From Harriotta raleighana (taxonomy: Eukaryota): a DNA stretch of 64,000 nucleotides. Position 1 is the first letter of the stretch. Each line of letters opens with the position of its first letter. The position numbers and the translations under genes are program-made. Of the stretch, positions 1 through 10,786 are shown piece after piece. The stretch is taken from NCBI GenBank assembly GCA_050575255.1, contig JBNZDD010013522.1, positions 822,116-886,115 of the forward strand. The letters are read 5' to 3'. The notes below the pieces were generated by a model, which was not told the origin of the DNA, did not search any database, and saw only the letters and a program-made list of their open reading frames with translations.

Positions 1-105
1 TCTGTCTGTCTCCATCTCTCTCTCTCTGTCCGTCTCCATCTCTCTCTCTCTGTCCCATCTCCCTCTCTCCATCCTCTCCCCTCTCTCCTCCCTCCCTCCC
101 TCTTG
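1..105. repeat. CT-rich low-complexity / microsatellite tract
   Basis: tctgtc/tctc/ctcc runs. Confidence 0.9.
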
Positions 106-269
106 ACGTCCCAACTGCAAGCCGTTTGCTCTCAGTCCACCTCCAGCCAAGGCCCCCCCCCCTCCCTCGGCTATAATATGAGGAAGAGGCTGTGTGTGTG
201 TGTGTCTGTCTGTGTGGGGGGTGGGGGAGACAGGGCCTGCTTACAGCCCTCTAACCCTTTACAAACAGG

Positions 270-430
270 GGAACACGAGTGACTGAGGTCATTCATCCCC
301 TCGAGCCTGTTCCTATGGTCATGACTGATCTTTACCTCAACTCTCAATTACCCTGACACCCCACCCCCCCCCCTCCTCCCTACACACCCACACCCCCCCC
401 TGACAAACATCTGACCATCTCAGTCTCCAG
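270..430 (-). mobile_element. Degenerate CR1-type 3' tail
   Basis: ggtcattcatcccctcgagcctgttcc...catgactgatctttacctcaactc is the reverse complement of the tail at 62140-62222. Confidence 0.6.
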
Positions 431-2019
431 TTGTTATCTGGTTACCTATTCTGCCACACCCACCCACCACTCCTTTTATTGAGTCTATGGATTTCCGCTA
501 GTAAAATATTATCTGGTAGTGGTGGGTGGGGTGGGGTGGGGTTGGGGGGGAGATACACTATATAGTTTGTGACCTGACATGTCAAGCGATCGCTGGGATG
601 GTGGAAAGCGAGCTGGGTGGACCTAGTTCCTCTCCCGCCAGCAAATTCTTATGTTTTTATTGTCATGGGGATTTCTCTTAAGCCCTGTTCTAACTTTTTA
701 TTTCCTCCCTCTCTCTCTCTCTCTCCCTCTTTCTCTCGCTTTTCAGTACATTTATTTATATTGCGTTTGTTTTTGTTTTTGGCTTGGCTCAATAAATAAT
801 ACCATATTCGCTTTTTTTTTTAGTATTGTCTGCGTCAACGTTTGAAATGTCCCTCAAATGTTTTGGGGGCTTTTTGTGGATTTACGCGGATTTAAGAGAG
901 AAAAAAAATAATATATTTTTTGTAAGGGTGGGAAAGCATCGTGTCGGTTTAAACACTTAAACACACGCCTTTATGGTCGTTCAAACGCACTGCATAGAAA
1001 GAGATTGAGACAGTCGGTACATTTAAAGATACCCTTGTTTGTTCAAACTTGTGCCCATGTCCACAGTGACCAGAGTTAACGATGATTAACCTTTCTGTTG
1101 GGGTTGGGTGGGTGCCAACTGTCACTCAAGTCGCGAGTCCCAGACAGACAAAAAAAATCAGCCAGCAACTTGGTGTCTCGTTGACTTCATTTGGTTAAAT
1201 TTGTTTAAAAAAACAAATTGATTTCAACTTATATTTTCAGGCAGTTTGGCATGTGCTGGTAAACTGGTAAAACAACAAGGCATGACGGATTGCTGCAAAT
1301 AGTTCTCGTCCGAAAAAACATGCGTTTCTGACCCAGATATTGGGAGGGGTGGGTTAGTGTTACTAAATTTGTGGATTTATTTTCCAGTCAACTGTCATTG
1401 GCAAATTGTTCTTTGACCAGAGAAACCTGAAATTTCCTGGTAATCGTTTCTTGTTAAACGCTTTGGAAAGACGTCGTAATGGTTAATCCTTCTCTGTGAC
1501 CGCTGTCATGCGCTGGCCGTTGGCCTCCACACTGCTTGTCGCTGGGAGCACAATAGTGGACCTGTGATCGGTGGGGAAAAACAGTGAGTTTACAATGTAC
1601 GGTACGAAAAGCGGAGAGATGCCGCACAGGGATTTCAAGGGAGCCAATGCCATCTTCAAAGTTCCTTTATCATTTCTAAGCCGTTTGACCTTTTACCTTC
1701 TGGGTTGAAAGTCATGCAAATTTCTCGGCTAGACTGCTTTGCATTTTCTTCTCACCCTCCACTATTCTCTGCACCGAATTAATTGATGTCGCATGGGAAT
1801 AAAAATGGGATTAGTTTGAAGTGCTGGCTGGCAGTGCATGCAAATACCAAGGGAACCCAGCTCATGACATAATTGAACATTGCTCTGGCCTGGGTAGTGA
1901 AATGTCTGTGGCTAATGTACTGGTCTGTGCATAGAGTGTAAAGTTTTTCCGCTATTCATCCTTGTGTGGTCGCAATCTTTCTGAGCTGTGATTTGAAAGA
2001 TGGCTGCATTGTTCATTCT

Positions 2020-2310
2020 ATTATCTGGATGAAACGTTCAACTTCATCAGGTGGACGTTCAAGATCCGTAGCACTATTCGAAAAGAGAAAGGTGTCTTGA
2101 TGTCTTAGCCAACAATTCCCCCCCCCCCCCCACCACCTCCTCCAAACTATACGTAAAATTGGTAATTCACTCCTTGGCTGTTTGTGGGAAATGGCATTGC
2201 ACAACTGCCGCGTTCACCTATAAAATACAGTCATTAGACTTCATGGCATATAGGCGAAGCGCTTTCAGATGTCCTCCCACCGTCTTTAATCTGAATTTGA
2301 TTATTATGAT
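2020..2310 (+). mobile_element. Old Deu-domain SINE fragment (AmnSINE1/SacSINE1-like)
   Basis: ggatgaaacgttcaac...caggtggacgttcaagatccgtagcactattcgaaaagag...gctgtttgtggga...ctgccgcgtt...aagcgcttt follows the Deu-domain order. Confidence 0.7.
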
Positions 2311-3187
2311 AAGAAAATGGTTTTATTACCATGTAGTTGATCGCCCAGGCGGTGTTTACATGGAGCTACCACATGGTTTTGCTCAGCTGGCACTCACTCG
2401 TAAATTTTTTGCTTTAGCATTTTAAGGGGGCTTCATTTGGTTCTGAGTATATTCCCGTACTGTTTTATATAGAAGATGTTGTGTTGGGTGTTGGTGTTGT
2501 GTAGAGCTTGTATTGTTTAGTTACGGATCAATTAATACAGTACTTCATAATAATCTTGGCATTTTATATAGAGCCTTATCACGTCACTGAGATGTTTAAA
2601 AGTGCTTCCCAACAAATATTGTGTTTACTGTGTATTTTGTGGGCGTGTAGTGTATGTTTATACATTATAGTGTTGACTATTTTATCTTCACATGTGCAAC
2701 ACAGTATTTTATCACACACTGAATGTTTATAAAAATTCCACTCCAGGTAGGGAACAACGTTTGTATATTTCATACACAGCATCAAAGCATTGTTGTGCTG
2801 TCATCAGAATATTTTGTGTGGGAGATGTCTAGATGTTTAAAGTACAGCTGGCTGCAGCCCTTAAGCAAGAAACTGGGAGATTCAATCATGTTGTCGGGTT
2901 AGAGATTGTGTCTCCCATGTGTCACATTGGTTTGTTATCTCTAGTTGAAGAACTATTGTGTGAAGCATTATGAAGGCTAGTGTTAGAAGAGATGTTGCAC
3001 TTCCCAGTGAAGGTAGGAAGACTGGAGGACACTAATGGATACTTTTTAAGAGAAAAGTGGAGCAATTGTGGCATATGATTTTGTTTCGCTCTCAAAAATA
3101 ATAGACACTCCACATCACAGTATATCCTGTGAGACATCCCCACAATGTGAAAATGCTGTACCAAATGTAAGGATTATTGTTACTGTA

Positions 3188-3924
3188 CAGGCAGTCCTAT
3201 AGTTACGACGTTTCGAGGTACGACAATTCGAAGTTACGACACTGAAAATCAGTAAAATTACGTCCGAGTTACATCCAAGTTCTCGAAGTTACGACACTAC
3301 TAGTTGCCCCACGCGCGATAGAAAACTGGAGTCGCCGCTCTCAACACTTACGGGCCCACGATACGCGTTCAGGAACAAGATGGAGGCGAAACGCGAGTGT
3401 GTATTTGTACTGTACAGGTACTGTGTGAGGCTGTGAGCTCGGCGGGACAGTACTCTCCAGCCTTTAGACTGCGCTACGTCACGCGTGATCCGCGTTGCGC
3501 TACGTCACGCGTGATCCGCGTTGCGCTACGTCACGCGTGATCTGCGTTGCGCTACGTCACGCGTGATCTGCGTTGCGCTACGTCACGCGTGATCTGCGTT
3601 GCGCTACGTCACATGTGATCTGCGTTGCGCTACATCGCGTGTGATCTCCTGTGTTGCGCTACGTCGCGTGTGATCTCCTGCGTTGCGCTACATCGAGTGC
3701 CAGACTCACAATGAAGCCATGTAAGTACATAGTAATATTTTATTTTATTTACAGTACTGTACATATTAGGAGGGGGGCAGGGGAGAGAGGGCAGCTCACT
3801 ATACACTACAACCAATCACTGTATGTTACTGTAAGCATTATAGGGGGGTGACTCGACTTACATACAAATTCGACTTACACCACATTTTAGGAACCTAACC
3901 CTGACGTAACTTGAGGACCGCCTG
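3188..3924. mobile_element. Non-autonomous Tc1/mariner (pogo/Tigger-like) MITE, 737 bp
   Basis: Imperfect TIRs CAGGCAGTCCTATAGTTACG ... CGTAACTTGAGGACCGCCTG; TA on both sides (3186-3187, 3925-3926); subterminal AGTTACGAC and CGACTTACA repeats; no transposase ORF. Confidence 0.88.
3470..3695. repeat. CpG-rich 26-bp minisatellite (about 8.5 units) inside the MITE
   Basis: Unit TGCGCTACGTCACGCGTGATC(C/T)GCGT; the last units are 29 bp and diverged. Confidence 0.95.
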
Positions 3925-6609
3925 TACTGCACAAATGGCTGAATATATCAGAAAAATAAATTTTACAATTCATTCAAATTAACATAAAAAGATTGCTTGG
4001 GGATGAATTGAATATGGTGGATTAATCTCCAAACACTGGCACTATGAGACCTTTCCTAAATATGGCCTAGTAGTAAAGTACTGCTCTGGTGCAGTGCTAA
4101 AGAATATAAAGCAGATGGGTACTGATTCAATTCCCTGTCATTACTGACTTAGTAGCTAGAATTACATCTCATCTGGAGCTGCTGTAATAGCTCTAAAAAT
4201 AACAGCAATGCCCCTGGGTTAGGTTCATGCTCCTGACTGCTGTCCACTAACCGTTGTTGGAAGTTCACATAAGTGTTCGTTGTGTGAGAAGAGAAACATT
4301 ATCGGCTGATGTTCTCTCCTGATCAGTGTCCTGCTGATATCTTGTCTGTGCCTTCAAAATTGAAAGGGAAAAATTGGTTCAAAATAGGCTTGAGTTTTGT
4401 GTAACCAGTAGCCATGAACATCCTATCTGTGAGAGGAAGTGTGTCAGATAACTTGTGCACTATCCTTTTTTCACTTTACTGAAGGAACACTGGATGCAAA
4501 CATACATTGGGAGGCCATCCTTTACACTGTAAACGATATTGAAACATGATTTACAAAGGGGAATAATTTTTGGGGGTGTGGGTATAATATTACAGAGTGA
4601 AATTAGGCTTCATATTTTAGGAATATTTGAAATGATAATTGGTTAGCACCAATAAATTGCAAAAAATAATAATTTTTTTACGACAGTTGCACAAACATTT
4701 TTTTCACACGGAACTTGGCAATTTCTAGTGATATCTTTCGCCCACAAATGTACAGTGAATTTCCAGTATATTCTGTCAAGCGCTTTGAGACGCCGATAAG
4801 ATGTGAAAAGCATTATCTCAAATGCAAGGATTCTTCTTATATATATTATTATTATATCTATTCTGATCGTAGGATCTCCAGCACAATTCTTATTTATGAT
4901 TTGGTAAGATCAGAAATAGTTTCAATAGTCTCTCTGCTTGGAGAGTCCAGTTATGACCTACAGATAGATTTTGCTATGACTGCATTTTCAGATATGTCCA
5001 GGTCTGTATATTTCTGGCTGGCCACACAGCAATAAATCTATACTCTTGTGAAGGCCAAAAGGCTATAAAAAGAAATTACAACTGCACTTGGCTTCTTTAC
5101 AATGCAGCTCATACAGATTGCTAATAGTTTGGAGCTTTCTTAATAATCAAGAGTTGCATCCCTTCCCACACTGGGGAGGATGGTGTAGAATTATGGACTG
5201 ACTGACTAGAGTTGCTGTTCACAAAAATATTTTGGGGGTTGGAAAGTAATGTTTCCAGTGCAGTATTTCAGAACTTTGATGGATGAACAGCCTGAAGCAG
5301 AGGCTTGGCATGGGCACCTACCGGTCTGTGATTTTCATCCTATTTTCTGTGGGTGTTTGTTCAAAACTTATTCTGTTTCACCTGTGGAATTCTTATTCCA
5401 CTCTCTCTCTTACAAACATACACAGTACGTGCAAACATGCACTAGCACAGTCATATAAATGCATTCCCATATTTATCATGGTGAAAGATGGATAGCAAAA
5501 AGATAACAGTGAAGCTGGGCAGATGCAGTTGATTCACATTTGTTTGAAATGTTAAAGAAACACAGTTTATTTGAATGCTAAAACATCCAGTCAGTAAGAG
5601 CTAAGAACATGTTTGATCTGATTGTAGCTGACCAGGAACAAAGAATTCTTTGTTTGAAATCTGTGAATCGTTTTAAGATTTCTTTTAACATATTCCTCAC
5701 AGTATTACTGTGATAACCCAAAGTGAACTAGAAGCCCATGTGTAAATCTGCAAGTTGTCTTTAGAAATGATGACATTATTTATATCCAAGTTCTAAGTGT
5801 AACATGATAACTTCCATTTTTAGAGTTCCCAAAACGAGATCCATTAATAAAAGCAGCCACCTGTTTGGTTGCTCATGTGCTCACACAGGGAAAAAATCCA
5901 TCGAATACAGCAAAATATTTAATTGAATGTCATTCTGCAATACGTTATGTTGGGGCTTCCAGTCTCCATTTGTGCAATGGTATAAGGAGCCAGCATCTGG
6001 TTTTGTTTGTCACATTGTTTAAGGGAGGAGCTTTTAATCATATTTGAGCCTTCGCAGTAAGTGCTGGCTGGCATGGTACTTGATCACAGCAGTTCTAACC
6101 TCCTCCCAGGTCCAGCTGCCTACTTTAAAAGTGGAGCAATTTAGGATTTTGATATAAAGTGCTAATCAAAACATCAGACTCCAATGATTGATGTGACCAG
6201 ATTACTGTTTGATGTGTAAAATCTTGTCCAAAACAGTAGGATCACTACCAGTGAGTATACTCAATGTCAGCGCTACTTACTGATCAGATCTCAAAATAGT
6301 AAACTGGTTTACTCTGAAAATTAAATATGTCTTAAAACCTAAATAAACATGTTGTAGCTTTGAAGCCTTTTTTAACAGTAGTTTTGTGTGGTCTGGCTAT
6401 AGGAAGGGTTTGGTTTAGGTCCTAAAGTTATAAAATGCCTTCCACTGTCTTGGCACTAATCCAGTTTGTCACTATTTACTGAAAGCTATTATCTGTGTAT
6501 CTTTGATTTGCTAAAGGTGCACAATATTTACTCTGGTTCAGATTTTTTCAGAGCATCAGAAAAGGAAGTTAGCACAGCTGAGTCTTGCTGGAACATGTTT
6601 AGCAACTCT

Positions 6610-7337
6610 CCGAACCTGTGCGCAACCTAGGTGTCAGGTTCAAACTCCAACTGTGCTTCCACCCCCACATCCGGTCCCTCACCAGCACCACCTTCTTCCA
6701 CCTCCGATGGATTGCCCGTCTCCGGCAATATCTCACCCTAAATGCCGCTGAAACAATGGTCCACGCCTTTATCACCTCTCGGCTGAACTATTCCAATACC
6801 CTCCTCGCTGGTCTCCCCTCCTCTACAATCCACAAAATCCAGCTGATTCAGAACTCTGCCGCCTGCGTTCTAATCCCGCAACAAACTTTGCTCTCCCATT
6901 ATCCCAATCCTTGCCAGACTTCACTGGCTCCCTGTCCCAGAGAGAATTGATTTGAAGATCCTCACCCTCGTCTTTAAATCTTTTCACTCCTCTGTACCCC
7001 CCTATCTCTCTAACCTCTCTCCTCAAACCAGCACCCGTTGTCTTCGCTCCACCGGGTCTGGCCTCCTCCATGTCCCCCCGAATCCTCTGCTCCATCCTCA
7101 GTGGCCGTGCCTTCAGCTACTGTGCCCCAAGGCTCTGGAACTCCTTGCTCTCTCCCTCCGCCCTCGCCCCCTCTCTTCCCAGCTTCAGGTCCCAGCTAAA
7201 GACCTTTCTCTTGGACCGCGCCTTTGGTCACCTTTCTACTCCTGCCCCTGGCTTGGGCTCGGGATCCGCTATTGTGAAGCGCTCTGGGACGCCGTCCGGC
7301 ATGGAGGGCGCTATATAAATCAAAGTTGTTGTTGTTT
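6610..7337 (+). mobile_element. 5'-truncated, frameshifted L2-clade LINE (ORF2 C-terminus + 3' tail)
   Basis: RNLGV...FFHLRWIARLR..L...AETMVHAFITSRLNYSNTLLAGLP..IQLIQNSAA, then LHWLPV and KILTLVFK..PPYLS, GRAFSYCAPRLWNSL; tail gtgaagcgctctgggacg...ggagggcgctatataaatcaaa(gtt)n. Confidence 0.93.
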
Positions 7338-9104
7338 GTGAAGGGGCTGACTGCCTACCTTTAATGTGTTTTGCACTGCAGTCTATGGCATGAATAATTG
7401 GGATAATCCGCACCCCCTTCATCCTAAATGCCAATTTGTGAGTCTGTAATGTGTCTTCTGAGTTTTGTTGAAGTAGTATTACCTTTCAGAATTAGGCCAC
7501 TAATGTTCCAGGAATGGTAAAGCATTAGGATATGTGGATACTTTGGTTCTAATGATGCATTTCCTCGTGTCTTCAGGAAGTGTGCCTGTAAATTTTCACT
7601 TGCTTATAAATCTGGTCAATCTCTCTTCTTCTCCTTGGAACTTTGCTTATGTTTATTCTGTGCCCATGGAGGGGCTGATCATGTTTATCCTTAATTATCG
7701 CCCAATGCATCTATACTTCTAAAGTTATAGCATGAACTCTCTAGGTGATGGATAATTTGATTCAATCTTACCTTATCCATCACTTTGCTGAATGATCCAC
7801 TGTATCTACAGTACATCAGCATCCTTTGGATCACACACCCTCACTGCCACATGCATTGAATGTTCAGTCTTGATTGTCTGCATGCCCTTCATTTGAGCAA
7901 CAAGCATCTTGTTTTCAACTTGTTTTCTTTATGGCTATCATAAGTCCAGCTAACAGCTATTGTACGTTTGATGGTTCTTAGTCCCTCTTGACCTTATGAA
8001 ATGATAAACCTGACGTGAAAGGGGCTCTATAAATGTAATTTTGTTAATGTTGTTGATAATCTCCTGTGATCTCAAAAGGAACTCTGACATCTTTGCTAAA
8101 GTTGCCTCCATTAAGCTTGTTTTTCTTCATTTTAGAATTCTTACTTTCCCCTCAACAACTCTTACATCTACAAAATCCAATTTGCTCAACACTTGAATAT
8201 TGCTCCCATATCTTGTTCTTCCCAAACTTCTCATTACATCCTTGAACGCCGTCTCCCCTCTCACTGTCTAGTTTAATATATTTTTTAATATTCATCCCTA
8301 ATGTTCTTGTGACTGCTAAAGTTCCTAATCTTCCCATACTTTTGCAACATTCAGAACTTTTAACAGCCAATCACTTCATCACCCAATCACTACTCGATGT
8401 TATCTATGTCTGCTCTTCATTTCAACTCTGGTGTTACCCTGCACTATTAACCTTTACCATTTACCTATTCTTCACTCTTCTATCAGGCGTTAATCCAGTA
8501 TCTCCTCTGACCATGTTTTCCTGATATCAGTACTTAAATAAAAGTAGTTACAAAAGGATCTGGAAAATTTCTGTTGCTTTTCATTAACTTGTAAAAGGAT
8601 TACATAGCAAAATTGTGAAACTACGTACAGTAAGGAAAGGACCCCGGAGCGCTTAATACTGGCATGATTTGATGGCGAGCCGGAAAGGGAGGGACGGTGA
8701 CTGAAGGCATGGTTGAAGAGGAAATCCTTCAGGTGTTATTTGAAGATGGGCAAAGAGGCGGCAAAACAACAATAACTTGCATTTATACAGCGCCCTCCAC
8801 GCCAGGCCATGTCTCAAAAGAGCAAAACACGGATTCAGGCAGGAAATTTGATTTGCGTGGCATGCTGACTGCAGCCACCAATGGTGCGATCACTGGGGCA
8901 AGAGACATGTAGAAGATCCAAACTGAGTGAAGGTGACAGAAAGTGGAGTTGGAGAGTTAGGCAGGTGCCAGGATGTGAAGTGATTTGAAAGTGGGAGTGA
9001 GGATCTTGAAATTGAGTTCTTTAAGTCTATATGGTCTTAATTATTATTCACATTATGTGCTACTCTGCTGTGTCTGTGACAAACTACAAATAAATAGTTC
9101 TAAA

Positions 9105-9395
9105 TAATCGTCGCAGTTGGTGTAGCACCTTTCATGTTGGGCTGGTCTCTGAACGCAACACACTTCACAGGATTTACTATGAAGTACTCATTTTCTAGGC
9201 AAAACTCGGCAGCCAATTTATGTACAACAATGCCAAACAAACAGCTATGATGTAAATGACTAATTTTATCTGGGGTAAATTGTTGCCTTGGACACTGGGA
9301 GGATCTCCCTTCTCTGTTCAACTATTGCCATGGGATCTTTAACAACTACCTGAACAGGCAGATGGACCTCAAATGAACATCTCATTCGAGGGACA
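9105..9395 (-). mobile_element. Old Deu-domain SINE fragment
   Basis: ggcagccaattt...caaacagc...ggacactgggagga...tattgccatgggatctttaac...acctga...catctcattcga is the reverse complement of the Deu core. Confidence 0.75.
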
Positions 9396-9406
9396 ATAGT
9401 AATAAT

Positions 9407-9512
9407 AAAACAAAAACAGAAGTTGCTGGGGAAACTCAGCAGGTCAGGCAACAGCCATGGAGAAAGGAAAGCGAGTCAACGTTTCGGGTCCACGACCCTT
9501 CATCAGAACTGA
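9407..9512 (-). mobile_element. Penelope-like element terminal fragment with a minimal type-I hammerhead ribozyme motif
   Basis: Minus strand: AGTT-CTGATGA-A-GGGTC-GTG-GACCC-GAAA-CGTT-GACT, followed by CGCTTTCCTTTCTCCATGGCTGTTGCCTGACCTGCTGAGTTTCCCCAGCAACTTCTGTTTTTG. Family assignment rests on recalled Penelope termini. Confidence 0.75.
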
Positions 9513-9519
9513 CGAATAG

Positions 9520-9650
9520 TTTTTTTGAGGGTTTATTATCAGGCGTGTGGAGTAAGGAAACTTTGCACAAGATTTTGCCCTGCCTGGAATTGAACCCAGG
9601 TCTCTCGCTTGTAAGGCGAGTGCTCTAACCACTGAGCTACATGGCTCCAC
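9520..9650 (-). mobile_element. tRNA-derived SINE, 5' head only
   Basis: Minus strand GTAGCTCAGTGGTTAGAGCACTCGCCTTACAAGCGAGAGACCTGGGTTCAATTCCAGGCAGGGC (A and B boxes), then the family linker tttccttactccacacgcct. Confidence 0.85.
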
Positions 9651-10683
9651 GCTGTATTGGAATTGGAATGCAAACCTAGATAGTGATTTAAACGTCTCCT
9701 GACATTGGGTTTGAAGCCACAATTATTTTCGGACCCAGACAAATTAACTGAGCTTGATCTCCCAGTGTCCACCCTCTTCACCTTCAGTGAGTGAATTTTT
9801 TCATCGTCATTCATGCGGGGAACATTTAAAAAAAAAAAAAATCACTACAACCCTATTTGTAAACGTATTGCTCATTTTAAATGTAACATTTTCATTAATT
9901 CTTTGGCGGACAGGATGCCATTGCCCTATTAATAAGTGCTTAATGGAGCATATCATAATGGGTGTTCAAACCATTGCATTTCATTAAATGTTCCATTCCG
10001 TATTCTATCTGAAATCTGTTATTTCTTGAGATTCTTTTTGTGGTTTAAAGGGTCACTTAGCATCTTGAATGCTCCAAGCGACATGTTAAGATTCTGAGTT
10101 AAGTAAGCAAAGTCGATAGGACAGTAAAATGTACTTGAATTAATTTTTTAAAAAACCTTTTAATTGTGTTAATTATTGTTTTATTACTTTACTGATTTGT
10201 GTGCTAATTGTATTTACTCTTCTCTCTGGAACTTTAATATCTCTTGAAATACGAGTAGAAAGATCTTGAGGGGAGTCATTTTCTATTTGCTTGTAATAAT
10301 TTCCTGCAATATAATCCTTGTATGGCCGATGCAGAGTAAGTTTAAATATTCGCTCACCAAGTTTAAATAAATCTGAGGACAATGGGAGACTTTTTCCCTC
10401 ACTCTTCTATTCCAGTACGACTGTGCCTGTTACTGTCAATTTGCCTTTAGAAAGGAGATAACAACAACAGACTGCATTTACACAGTGCCTTTCATGCCAG
10501 GAGGGCATCCAAAGGCACTGTATAGTCAAGGGTTTGCACCTGAGCTGGAGGTTGGATTTGAGACGGATGGGATGGGAGGGGTTGGTGGGGGAAAGAAATA
10601 TGACCCAAGGTGTGGTCAAAGAGGAAGGACTTGAAAAGGAACTTGAAGGAGGCTTTTGTGTATTTTTGTTTTTCAGTAAAGCG

Positions 10684-10786
10684 ATGGGCAAAAAGAGCAG
10701 AGTGAAAACACAGAAATCGGGAGGTGGAGCAACATCAGCCATTTCTACAAAGGAAATAATGAATCTGATAACTGAACTGCTACAGA
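10684..10786 (+). CDS. SETD3: SETD3 coding exon 1 (exon starts at 10677 after tttttcag; ATG at 10684)
   Basis: MGKKSRVKTQKSGGGATSAISTKEIMNLITELLQ; donor A|GTAAGT at 10787. Confidence 0.97.

Noticed and set aside
560-2010. SETD3 promoter / non-coding first exon (mild CpG enrichment, YY1-like AAGATGGC near 1997)
   Set aside because: No clear CpG island or convincing exon-donor pair; the transcription start may lie upstream of the window
3470-3695. CRISPR-like regular palindromic repeats
   Set aside because: The units are contiguous with no unique spacers, there are no cas genes and the context is eukaryotic; it is a minisatellite
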